A stretch of 64,000 bases of DNA from Camelus dromedarius (lineage: Eukaryota), in assembly GCF_036321535.1 (NCBI RefSeq), contig NC_087436.1:120902001-120966000 (forward strand). Direction: 5' to 3'. The notes beneath the pieces are model-generated. The model did no database searches and had not been told where the DNA came from. It was given only the letters and a program-made list of their open reading frames with translations. The first letter of the stretch is position 1. Each line of letters opens with the position of its first letter. Made by a program: the position numbers and the translations under genes. Shown here piece after piece: positions 48,496-60,659 of the stretch.

Positions 48496-51104
48496 AGAGC
48501 CTGTGGGCATTTGGGGGACGAATGAAGGAGTGAATGGCTGTGGTAGACATGGTGGGACTTCATAAACTGTCAGGTTAGACACGAGGGGTCGCCACACCAC
48601 AGTCCCATCTCGGTCGCGAGTCACTGTGTGATGTTGGACGAGTCACCTGCCCTTTCTGAGCTTCAGTTTCCCCACCTGTGAACTGAGGAACAGGACTCGG
48701 TGGTCTTCCTGGGCCCTTGCAGGCCCCCTGAGTCTAGGAGGGCTCTGTTGGAGCCGGGGAGTCTGGTGGAAGGAGATCCAACTGCCAGCCAGCCCTGCCA
48801 AGTCCGAGCTGGAAGGTGGGGGCTGGTGTGTGGCCACGGGGGCTGGTCAGCCCTGGCTTGGGTGGACTGGTCCAGGAGTCTCAGGCCATTTGGTGGGGAG
48901 GATGTGTGCCTCCTGCAGGCCAGCAGGTGCTGCCAGGGAGGAGAGGGGAGCCAGTCTGGGCCAGGGGGACTCAGGGCTCCTAGGAGGGCTCAGAGGTGCA
49001 GCTGACACCTGCTTGGCTTGTGCCTCTAACCAGCGGGGGGACTTGGAGCAAACGGCTTTACCTCTCTGAGCCTCCTAGTAGCATCTGAAGGATTAAGTGG
49101 GATTCTGTCAGGTGCCTAAGAAGGGTAACACCTTCGCCTGTCAGCTCTCGGGACCGGGCTCGTGGGAGGGAAGAGGCCTCAGAGCAGGGCTGATGTTAGG
49201 ATTTCTTTATATATCTATGTATTGTTTAGCTTGCTCCAAGAGCTCGAGTTACTTAGGCAAATAAAAAAATTCTAACAAAAGAGAACCAGGGTCTTAACCA
49301 CCGCCACACTCAGCAAGCTCTCGGCGTATCACGGGTGACATTATCATCGTGATGCTCACTGCTACCTTGTGTCCCCGCCGAGTGAGTCACTTTGCAGTGT
49401 CCCTTCAGGCTGGACCCCAACCCCGCTGGCACACCCCAGGCCGCAGGAGTGCACTGCCTTCTGAGCAGCCCAGTGCACCCCAGGAGAGCTTTGGTAGTTT
49501 GCGACATTGACAAATGGCCCCAGTGCCCCTCTGTGCCAGGCTCCATCCTGGCCGTGGGGACATAGGGCCTGCTGCGGGGGCTCCAGGCTGCCTTCCTAGG
49601 GATGTGCGAGGCCACTGGAGGGGCCGAGCAGCGGGAGGGGCTCCCTGGAGAGGGGGCTTCTACACACAGCTTTGACAGTAGTGGAGAGACTTCCTTGGAC
49701 GAGCAGATTCCTTCCTGGAAACGTCCCCCACGGCCCCCAGAGGTGCCCCTTCCCCCTCAGCCAGGCTGCTCCAGCCCCCAGCATGACCCTGGACTTGGCA
49801 CTGAGCCTCCCGCAGGGGCCAGGCCTCCAGGTCACCCCATCTAAGGTTCTCATCTCTGGAGAGCTCTGGGAAGTTGTCAGGATGTTCATCAGATTTGAAA
49901 GCCTCACATTTTATTTCACTCTCACAGGACCTCTGAGAGTTGGTTGCTCTCAACACCCCCACTTTGCAGATGAGCACACGGGGGCGTCTGGGGGCAGATA
50001 CAACAGCCCAGGTCCCCAGGGAGCATTCCAGTCCACTGGGGCCCAGGCTCAGGCCCCCACCCCATCCAGCCTCGCTGCCACGTGGACGCCTCCACTGTGA
50101 GCACCCGCTCCAGCAGACCCCCATGGGGGCCCTGGCTCCACGCAGGGTCTTCTCTCCCCAAAGCATGCTCCCTGGGGACTCCCAGTTAACCTTGTCTGGC
50201 CGGCTGCTGGGGGCTGCTCAGGATGGGCACCCTTACTCCCAGCACCCAGAATGGTGAACGAATGAGTGAATGAATGAATGAGTGGATCGGACTTGCACAG
50301 AACCCCTCCACGAGGAAGGCTCTTGTGTTCCCACTTCGCGGTTGAGGCAGTCCAGGCCTGGGGGCCGCCTAGTCTGGCTTCTCACCTAAAGTCAAGTTCT
50401 TTCCCCTCTGTTTCTGCCTCTCAATCGCCGAGCACCAGTTACATGCTGGCATCAGAAGGGGAGACAGAGTGACGCAGATCATATCCCTAACTGTCGCCAG
50501 AGGGGACGGTACCCTAGGACGCCGCCTGCCTTGTGCAAGAGGAGCATCCAGGTTCCGCGTGCGGCGCCACGTGCTCATCGGGGGCGGCCCTCTCCATCCT
50601 GACGCCGCCCACCTCCCCTCGCGTTGCCCCCTCCTCCAATCCAGGAACGTGCCTGGTGGGAATGGTTAGGTAAACAAGAGCTATTTCATACCCATGATTT
50701 GTGAATCCGACCACAGCGGGCACGCGTTCCAAAGCTGGAGGGGGTTCAGAGAGTTTTTCTGTTTTGTTTGGCTTTGATTTTTTTCAGATAGGAAAATGCA
50801 GAAGAGCCCTTGACATGTTTGGGAAAATAAGCTAAGAATGCTCACATCCACCCTGGCCCCGTGCAGCTTCTCCAGCCTCCTATGCTGACCCCATCTCCAG
50901 ATATTTCTGGAAAGCGGGGTCTTGGGCCCAGCAATGCTTGCCACTGCCGAGAGCACTGGAATGTTTGTGTTGGAACCTGGACACCGTGGGCTCGAACTCA
51001 GCGAGATCTGCTGTTTTCTTCTCAAGTTTTTCCTTCCCAGAAGGCTCTGATTAAAACCAGAAATTCGTCATGGGAGAGAACAGGGTTGGCCTGGGATTTA
51101 GGAC

Positions 51105-51510
51105 TGTGAGTGAGTCAGGGTACAGCGGAGGCTGCTGTAACAGGGTGACCCCAAAACACAGAGGCTTGAACAAGATAGGGGTTGATTTCTCTCCACACAA
51201 GGTCTGGGCAGAGCCAGCATGACGGCCTGGCGGAGCTGAGGATCCCGGTGGCTTCCACTCCTCCTCGGCCATCCCCAGCAGGCAGCTCCCACCTTGAGGT
51301 CTCAGTTGGCTGCTCTGGGTCCAGCCACCGCCATCATTTCCACCGTCGGTCTACTCAGTGGGTGGGAGGGTGTGGTTGGCCAAACACAGGGCATCCTCAA
51401 ATGGAGGTTGCACATAGTCCTTATGCTGACATCCCATTGGTTAGAATGTGGTCACATAGCCATACCTACTGCAAAGGAGGCTGGGAAATGTAGTCTTTAA
51501 CAGAGCAGCC
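51105..51510 (-). mobile_element. MaLR LTR (MLT1J-like)
   Basis: GCTGCTGTAACA...GGCTTGAACAAGATAG...CATCCCATTGGTTAGAATGTGGTCACATAGCCATACCTACTGCAAAGGAGGCTGGGAAATGTAGTCTTT. Confidence 0.75.
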
Positions 51511-51530
51511 TTGTGCCAAGATGATCGTAT

Positions 51531-51736
51531 TGAGGGTTTCCCAACCTGGGCGTCAATGACGTTTGGGGCTGGGCACCTCTTTGTTGTGGGGCTGGCCTGT
51601 GAATTGCAGGATGTCTTGCAGCACCCCGGCCTCTACCCACTAATGCCGATAGCATCCCTCAGCTGTGACAACTACAACTGTCCTCAGACATTGCCAGGTG
51701 TCCCGGCGCAAAACCACTCCTCGCTAAGAACCACTG
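51531..51736. mobile_element. MER20 (hAT-Charlie) DNA transposon
   Basis: TTTGTTGTGGGGCTGGCCTGTGAATTGCAGGATG...CAGACATTGCCAGGTGTCCC...TAAGAACCACTG matches the MER20 structure. Confidence 0.8.
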
Positions 51737-51909
51737 GTCCAGATCAAGGGCCCCAGTCTGCAGTGTCCACAGCCCCGAGGCAGGAGGGGCCGCTAAGTCC
51801 GCTTCCCATGCTGCCGGTTCTCACACTGGAAGAGGACAGAGGGTTCGATTTTCACATGCAGTATCCTAATTGCTTCCTGAGACACCTGATCAAAAACACA
51901 AGAAGCGGT

Positions 51910-52345
51910 ATGGTCGCTACGGGTTGACTTGTGCCCCCCTCCCCGCAAAAAGACATGTTCCGTCCTGACCCCTGGCGCCTGTGAAGGTGACCTTATTTGG
52001 AAATAGCGTCTTTGCAGATGTGATCAGGTTCAATGATGTCACTGGAATGGGGTGGGCCCTGATTCAACGTGGCTGGTGTCCCTGCCAGAAGAGATACAAG
52101 AAGCAGCTGCCACCTGGAGATGGAGGCAGAGACAGAGGCAGAGATGGAGATGATGCGGCCGTAAGCCAAGGAACGCCTGGGGCCCCTGGAAGCTGGAAGA
52201 AGCAGGAAGGATCCTCCAAGAGAGCCTCCGGAGGGAGGCAGCCCTGCAGACACCTTGATTTCGGACCTCCAGCCTCCGGAACTGGGAGAATTCCTCTTGC
52301 TTTAAGCTGCCCAGCCTGTGGTGCGTTATGCACCGGCCGCGGGGA
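51910..52345 (+). mobile_element. MaLR solo LTR (MLT1B/C-like)
   Basis: GTGACCTTATTTGGAAATAGCGTCTTTGCAGATGTGAT...ACACCTTGATTTCGGACCTCCAGCCTCCGGAACT. Confidence 0.82.
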
Positions 52346-55300
52346 ACTGAAAGGTGGTCCAATGCCTGTCTGTGCGTCTGGGCTGGAGGCTTCCCAGAGC
52401 CCCCGCCCACACCCCCAGCTTGATGGGCTGTTCTGTGGTGTGGCTTCAGCGTGCCGTTTGAGCCTGCTGCACCAAGTGGATGCAGAGCGGTCAGACCCTC
52501 ACATCTGGGGTCACGGAGACAGCGATGCTGGCTGGATGGACACATCCGGTCACAAACCACCACCATCGGAGCTCGTGGCCCCTCAGAGCCTGGCCTGGGG
52601 CAGGACTGGAGCTGGGAACACACAGTGGGAGGTCCCTCCTGCCTTGCTGCAGCCTCCATGCAGTAATGTCGGGTCCTCTCAGACCCTCAGTTTCCTTGTC
52701 TAGCAAAAAGGGAAAGTCAGTTTTTCCAGGGACGAGACAAACGCTGCCCCAGTGGGTGCGGCTGAGCGGGTGTGGGCGTCAAGTGGCCGCTGATGTGCTG
52801 CTTGTCCACTCAGGTGACCTGGTGACTACCTTGTCGGGCCCTGTCTTGGCCCCGGAGAGACACCCCTGAACAAAATGGGCTCATGAACCAGAAAACTATG
52901 ACAGCCCTCGGGTAAATGCACAGCTCGCTTCCTCTGCTTTCCTCTGGTGTGAAGGTGGCTGGGAGGGTTGGGGTTGGCATTAGGCTGGAATTAAGATCTA
53001 GTTAGGGTTTAGGGTTAGCAGGGAGGCCGCGTTTGGACTGGAGTTTAGCTGGGGTTTAGGGGGGACTGGGGCTAAGTTTATGAACAGAATCTGTGTTGGG
53101 GGTTGTGGTTGATTTTGAGGTTTGCTCTGGTATTTAAGACCCGGTTCAGATCAGGATCAGGATTAGGGTCAGAAGGGGGTCAGGCCTGGGGTGGGATGGG
53201 CGAAGGCACAGCTGGGGTTTGAGCCGGGCCTGCCGCATCGTGCCACCACCTTGCAGAGACCAGCTCTTGTCTCCATGGGTGTCTCTGTCCGTCGGACCGC
53301 TGAGCTCCCGGGTCTCCCCTTAATCAAAGGCTCTGTAAGCTTGGTGCCTTGCCATGTCCCGGGGCTCAGTTTGCCCTCCTGAATGAGAGGCTTGGTTCTG
53401 ATTTTCTCAAGGTTCTCCTAGCTCTAAAAATTCTAATTAGGTAGGGTCCTCTTTAGAAGAGCTGGCATCACGAGCGATCGTTATGCAGGAACTCATGAGT
53501 ACAAAGATCAAAAATGGAGCAGAACAACAGATTAAGCAGACAGCACCGGCTCTGGCGTTACACTCAGAGGAGCTATGTGAAACCCAAAGCCTTCTGACTG
53601 CAGCGCTCATAGGAATTGCCCTGGGAGACCGCGTGTGGCTTTCACAAAAGGTCTGTGTCTGCAGGACGTGCTATTGTTCGATTTCCAGGAAACAGGAGTA
53701 ATTAGATGCCTCATCCCAGATACCGTTCCAATTACAGCAGAAAAGAAAACATACAAATCCCCTGAGGAAGCAAATACCTCCTCTTGGTCCCGAGAAGGTG
53801 CACTTCCCGGTGCCACAGCAGCCCCACAATCACAGGAAGCCGAGTGCGGCCCCAGGGACGGGCGGCCTCTGCCCTTCGCCCTGGAGGAGGGGAAGGAAAT
53901 CAGGTGCATTTTGGAAATTTAAAGCATCACCCCTTGGTGTGGTTGCAAAGGGAGCTGGTGTCCAGGAGGGGGTGACATTCGAGGCCCTGCCCCTCCAGGG
54001 GGGTCCCACACCTTGAAGCCTGAGGGGAACAGGACAATCGCTGGCTCCCAGGCCCTAGACTGGGGTGACATCCTCAGCCCCGAGTGACGGCCCGGCCATT
54101 CATTCTTACCTGCCTTCCGTCGTCCACCCGCGGGAGCTGCCCTGAGCCCAGACCAGACTGGGGCCTGGCCTCCTGGCTGCCCCCGGGGAGATCCTTCCCA
54201 GTGGAACTCTGAGCATGCTCTCCCTGCTGTCCTCACGGGCAGGAGAGAGTACCTAGAATTCACCTGGCAGTGCGCTTGGGCCCTGGCCCCTCCCTCACCC
54301 CTCCTGGCCTCGCACACTTCACTCCGGGAACGCCGATCGCCTGCTCGTCCCTGACAGCCCGGTGCCTCCCCACCTCCACGAGGGGTGCGGTTCATATCCA
54401 CTCCTTGGGCAGAGGTGACAGACTCTTGGGTTTGTTTAGACCGTGGATCCGCCTTCCGGGTGATGCCAGCCGCAGCCAGGACCTGTGTGTTCCGACAGCC
54501 TCCTGACCCTGACCGTCCAATTCACGCAGCCTGGTGTCAGCTGGGAGCCTGGCAGAGAAGGCAAGACCGGCCAGCCTGGGAAGCCAGAGCAGGCCAAGGA
54601 CACAGTCAGAGCAGGACTGATGGCAATGACCAGCGTTTCAACGACCTCTCAGACCCCGTGCCCAGGGCGCGGGATGGGACATCTCCACCCACATACCCGA
54701 ACACCTGGCTCTGGGGCGCTGGGGCGCTGGCAGCGGGAGGCCTGGGCTCTGGGCTCACAGGGGAGCCCACCACAAGGGGAAGGGGGGGCAGGACGGGTGG
54801 CGTCTAGGATGGCGCAGGTGCTGGCTCCCAGGGACTCAGTGCCGGCGCTGGGTCTGACGCAAACATTACCAAAGTGACATAAGATGGGGACCGATTTCTC
54901 TGTGTTTCATCTCCACTTCAGCACTCGGGGCCCCGCCCCCCACCCCATGTCTGATGTTTCCAGAGAGAAGTCAGCAGGGACGGCCCCGTGGGACGGGGAC
55001 GCCCATAGCTGTCCTGGTGTCCGTGCGGGCCTTGGAAAGCCCGCGCCCTTGTCTGCTTAAACCACCAGGAGCGGGTCTCCGTGGAAACCACTGTGCTCGG
55101 GTGTTAGCAGGGCACGGGGTGCTGGGGGAAGCTCGGCTTCCTGCTTGACTGTCGTGGGGGCTTCTGGGGGAGTGAGTCACTTTTCGGAGCACACACACCG
55201 AGGCCTGGACCTTTCACCCACATGATCTAGTCCTCGTCGCCCCCACTGTACGGAAGAAACAAAGGCTCGGGGGTGTGATGCCTCCCCCACAAGCCCAGAG

Positions 55301-56849
55301 GCAGAACACGAGGCCCAGAGGGTCTGGCTGGACCTGCCGCTGTTTCCCCCGGGAGGCAGGGGAGCACCCGTCCACAGCCTGGGCCCGCTGCCTGCACAGG
55401 ACTGCCGAGCGGCCTTGAGCCATCACGTGCGCAGCCCGTGCCCCGTGGGTCCTCCGTGAAGGGGCGTGGTCGTGGTGCCCATCTCGGTCTGTCCCGGCAG
55501 CTCCAACGAAATCCACAGCCCTGGCGGCTCATGAACAGCAGACATTACTGTGCACAGTGCTGGGGGCTGGCAGCACAGGCCGGGAGTCAGCGCATGAGGT
55601 CATGGCCTGGGGACGTCCCTCTTCCCGGTTCGTAGCTCACAGCTTCTCACTGAGTCCTCGCCAGATGGCAGGGGCGAGGGGGCTCTGTGGAGTCTCTTCC
55701 ATAGAGACACGAGTACCCCTCACAATTAGCGAATGAGAGCGCCTCCCAGGCCCTGTCACCTTGGGGGCTAGGATGTCAGCATATGAATTTGGGAGGACAA
55801 ACATTCAGAGCATGGCAGGACCTCCTCAGGCTGCCGGGGGACGTCCAGTGCCAGGCACGGCGCTCCTGAAAGGCCGAGGGGAGCCCGGCCACAGCCCCAC
55901 GGCAGCCGCACACCCTTCCCAGAGGCTCCTCCCCGTGGCGCGTGGAGGTGAGGGGCGCACGCCACCCGATCCGGACTTTCCGGACTTTCCAGACTTAATG
56001 CACACCGCCTGCAGTCTGTGTCTGGGGTGCGTTTTGTACAGGGTGTCCTGCAGGGTCCCAGCCTGGGGCCCAGGTGGTGGTCAGGGGGCCGGGACCTGTT
56101 GTCAGAGGCTCCAGGGAGAACGCCCCCTCTTGCCACCACACCATGTGAGGCCCGCTGGAGGCAGGAACTGGGCCGGGGGCTGGGCTGTGTGCCCGGGGCC
56201 CTGCTGCGTCCCAGGTGCCGTTCAGACACTACGGGGGTGTGTGAGCGTGCGTGTGTGTCCACGTGAGCACACGCGCCCCGCTGAGGGCGGGTCCCGGCCG
56301 CCCGCCCCGGCAGAGAGAGGGCCGCTCTCCTTCCCAGGAAGCAGGCCGACTGCCCACGGTCTGACCCCTGGGTCCCGAGAGGACCCTGCGTGACAGGTGA
56401 GGGGCGGCCCCTCTCCAGCCATGCCCGTTCCCAGCGACAAGGGGCTCCCTGCACTGGACCTTGTCCGAGGTTACTTTAAAGGAAAATGCGTCCATTTTAA
56501 CTGTTGTTGCTCGCCAACAGGAAGGTGGTGTTTGGCAACTAAAAGTCACCCAGAATTGGGGATGGGAAGCAGACTTTGGTGGTGGCAGGTGCAGGGCCCC
56601 GGGTACGTACCCTTCATTTATTCGAATGCTGTCTTAGAAGCCCTCCGAGCAGAATTTGGGGTCCCTGGGCAGAGACTGGGTCCTGACTCTACCACTTCAT
56701 GGCCCAAAGCCTAGGCCTCCTCACCTATATGGAGGGTGGGGGTGGGGACGCCCCCATCACAGTGCAGGCGGCACCTCATTTCCACATGAAGCCTGAGTAG
56801 GGCCCTGCACGGTGCTGTGTGCAGGAGGCCAGGAAAAGCGGTCCCCTTC

Positions 56850-56862
56850 CGTGTGCGCGCGC

Positions 56863-56896
<34 letters not shown>
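56850..56896. repeat. Compound microsatellite (CG)n(TG)n
   Basis: Perfectly alternating purine-pyrimidine run of 47 bp. Confidence 0.95.
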
Positions 56897-56897
<1 letters not shown>

Positions 56898-58599
56898 TGC
56901 ATCTCTCCACATGCCCGTGGAGCTGTGCCCGCAGTGCCGGAGGCGGGTGGCTCCTGGTTAGACCCACCTTCTTCCCGGCCGGGTCCCAACCCCACAGCAG
57001 CTGCTCTGAGCCTCAGTGAAGGAACGAAATCACCCACATCTCCTTATTCACTCTCTTCCTGCTGTCACCCCCAGCATTGTTGCTTGGGACAAAAGCAAAC
57101 CCCCGGGATGGACACATGGTTAGAGGGATGGGTGCGAACTCTCCTGTCCATACACTTTTTGGATAAAACTCAGGCAAAACCAGCCAGTGCCTTCTCTCCC
57201 TGCCTCTGGGGTTCAAGCACCACCTGTCTGTCTCAGTTCTCAGCTGCCCTTTCGAGGGATGGTTCAAAGGCAGGGAGGCTGCAGAAGAATTCAGAACCGA
57301 GGCGTGGTTTTCTCTCCAAAAGGCTGGGTCCACTGTCTCTGGGAGACACTAACGGCTGTGTGACCCTCGTTCCGCCTCGGTCCCAGGCACCAGAGCCCCC
57401 AGCACGCTGGCCCTGTGCGGCCAGAGCCTCCCTCCCATGTCCTCGTCCCTGTGCGTCTCCGGCTCCCCAGCCACGCCGACGGCTTCACACTCTCACGCCC
57501 CCTCGTCTGGGCAGAGGGGCCTCTTCCTGCAACGCTGTTGGCTTGCTGGGGCCGCTGTAACAAACCCCACAGATGGGGGAGGGGGCTGAGCCTTGGAGAT
57601 GCCGCGACCAAGGTGAAGGTACTTAAGGCCACGGGGCTGGACACTTAAGAATGGCTAAAATGACAAATTTTATGTGTACTTTATTACAATTAAAGGGAAA
57701 GGCCTTCTGCATCTCAGGTGAGAACTGGCCGACATGAACATCCTCTCTGACAGCCAGCCTCCACCAGGGACACCAGGGTCCTGGGCCCTGGCAGGGGGGA
57801 CCCGCAGCTGGGCACTGTGAGTGAGCAGGCGGGTGTGAGGGGTCCCAGCTGGCTGCCCACACGTCCTCAGTGGAGAAATCTGGTAATGACCTATGTGCAC
57901 AGTGCCCGGCCCCTCGCAGGAGGGAGTGCAGGGCGTGTGGCCCTCCTCCCTGGCTGTGCTCCCAGGCCCTGCTCCCAGGCTGTGCTCTGATCCAGGGGAC
58001 TGGCCAGGCTCTGTGGGGGGAAGCAGGGGCACCCCAAGTCTGCCTGCCTTTCCCACAACTCCACTTAGGACCAACATCCCCTGGGAAGCCCCACCCCGAG
58101 ATCCAGGGATGGCACCCAGGAGTCTGCATTTCACAAGCGCCCTGGCAGATCCCAGCTGGACTGAGGGACCACAGCTGGAGAAACTGCTTTAGAACCCCCA
58201 CAGCTGGCGCGTCACCCTCACCACAGCCCAGCAGAGCAAACGCTATGAGCCCCGCCTTTAAAACATGTACAACTTTACTGAAGCGTGACTTACATAACAC
58301 AAATCTTACCCATTATAAGTGCATCTCAGAACCGCTGTGAAGATGCACAGGGTCTGGTAAGTGCTTCATAAACTGCTAAGCACTGTGCACACACTGGGAT
58401 TTATCATTACGGCGGATTACTGCTGTTTTTACTGCACGAGCCTTGCTATTATTACGGCGGGGCGTTCTGGCATCATTCGTCTGAAGGGCTCCTGGAGGGG
58501 CTGCTGGGGAGCAGTGCGCCTGGCTGCAGGCAGCAGAGATTTATGCGCGGGCAGTATCCGGGCGCCTCACCTTGACACAGGTGGAGAGCAGGTTGTTGC

Positions 58600-60479
58600 T
58601 TTATTATTATTATTTAAATTTTATTTGGAAATAAGCTCACACTGCAGCAAAATTAGGAGAATAAAAGTAGTGCAACAAACACCACACACCGTCTGCCTGG
58701 AGCCCATCGCGGCTAACACTGTATCCTGTTTGTTTTGTCCTTTGTTTCCTGCCCCCGCTTTCTCTCCCCCCTCCTTCTCGCTCCCCGTGCGGCTGCGTGG
58801 CCTCCCCCAGCCGTCCGAGCCCGGCTGCCGGCGTCGGGGCCCTCCGCCTGCAGCAGCAGAGCAGCTCTCTTACGTAACCCGGCAAGACGATCACCGCGGC
58901 GCTGGCACCTTTCTCTAATCTGCCATCAGATTCCCATTTTGCCAATCGACCTGACAACGTCCTTTCTCGCCCTCTCTCTCCAGCTAGAATCACTCTAGGA
59001 TCAGAGATCGAGGTTTCTGTCTCTCGCTTTCGTCTCCTCTCGTCTGGTTCATTTCCGCGGTCTGTCTTTGTCTCTCACGTCACGGGTGCTTCGGAAGACT
59101 GCGCTGTTGCTGGGTTTTTTTTTAACAGAACAGTGCTCCTCGGGGTTTGCCTGCCGGTTCCTCCTGATGAGGTTCTCTGCTGCCGCGCCGCACGGAAGAC
59201 GTGTCTTGCCCAAACTCCGTATCCGGAGCACACGGCCTCCACCTGCCTCTCGCCGGCGACGCGTGTTTGATGAGCTGGTCGAGGAGCTGTGAGCTCTGCC
59301 CGCTGCAGGAATGCTCTGTATTTCCTTGCAACTCATAAGCAGCCTGGGAAGGAGACAGTTTAAGACCATGGAAACAGTCTGCTTTTCATCAAGACCTCCC
59401 CCTGCATGTTGCCTGCATTAATGACTTGCTGATCCAATCTGAAGTTGCCAAATGTTGATTTTCCATCCCAGCGCTGCGTGCACATTTACCACTTGGCATC
59501 CAGTATCCTAGTAAAGCGACAGCTCTTCTGTCTTGTCTGTCTGTCACCCACCCGTCTACCTACCCACCCACCTGTCCCGCTGCCTGCCGTGTGTGCACGC
59601 GGGTTTGTAGGGACGGACGGATGGATCTCTGCAGCTACCCGCGTCCCTGTCTGCCTGTGTATTGTGTACGTGCGTAGGTAGGTAGGTAGGTATGTTTCTA
59701 TCATCAGTATGAGCATCTGTCATCCACTGGGATCCTTATTTTGATGCTCAGATCACTCCAGACCCTGGCCACTGAGCACCCTGTCAAGCCGGCTCCTGGG
59801 TCTGGGTGACATGCCACCTTTTCCCCGCACTTCCTTACTTTCTGGCATAACAGGATGTTCTGGGCTATGTAGTGCTTTCCTGCACCAGACCTAAACGCAG
59901 CCATTTCTCCGAGAAGCCTGGTTCCTTTCTGGGGGCGATGTCTTCGAAACCAGGGTCCGGGTGCCAGGGGTCATCAACACAGGCTCTCAGACCTAGCAGC
60001 AGCAGACCCAGGAACCGTGCGTACATGTGGTCTGCAGACAGGCAGGCACACGTGCGTGCAAACACGCTCCACAGGCACGTGCAGAGACGGTGACGTCACA
60101 CTGAGAACGCAGACTCGCTCCCTCCCCGCGAGGAGCTCCTGCTTCTCCCTCCCGTCCCGGGGTCCTGTCTCCCTTCTTCCAGCTACAGTGACGCCGAGGG
60201 ACGTGCCCTCCCCCAGACGTGGTCCACTTCAAGGCCCCGCTGCCTGCCCCACCCCGCCCCCGGACCCGCCCCCGGTGCAGGGCGCCCAGACCAGCCCTCG
60301 GCCCAAAACCTTGGGTTTGTCTTTACCTTCTGGTGTCTCACGTGCCTGTGTCCTTTATACAGGATACAACTGAGTTTGGTTTTTTCCAGTTTCCTTTTAA
60401 GTTTATCTTCCCCTTTCTCATCCTCGCTCATTGAATAAAGTTGAGTTAATGTGTAGAACATTCACCTGCTTCCACAGGC
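58600..60479 (-). mobile_element. Old L1 (L1MC/L1MD-like) 3' region, highly diverged
   Basis: T-rich start at ~58600 and recognisable blocks such as CACTTCCTTACTTTCTGGCA and CAGCCATTTCTCCGAGAAGCCTGGTTCCTTT. Confidence 0.65.
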
Positions 60480-60490
60480 AAACTGCACAG

Positions 60491-60646
60491 CGAGAGGGTA
60501 CAGCGCAAGTGACAGAGCGCGTGCTCAGCACGCATGAGGGCCTGGGTTCAACCCTGGGGACCTCTATTAAAAAATAATTAAATAAATAAACCCAATTACC
60601 CCCCCCAAAAAAAAACTAAACTAAAAAAATAAAAATTAAATTTTAA
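60491..60646 (+). mobile_element. tRNA-Ala-derived SINE (vic-1-like)
   Basis: Degenerate A box, GGGTTCAACCC B box and bipartite A-rich tail. 11-bp TSD AAACTGCACAG at 60480-60490 and 60647-60657. Confidence 0.88.
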
Positions 60647-60659
60647 AAACTGCACAGGT

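Noticed and set aside
51981..52703. 240-aa ORF
   Set aside because: It begins inside an MLT1 LTR and has no coding features.
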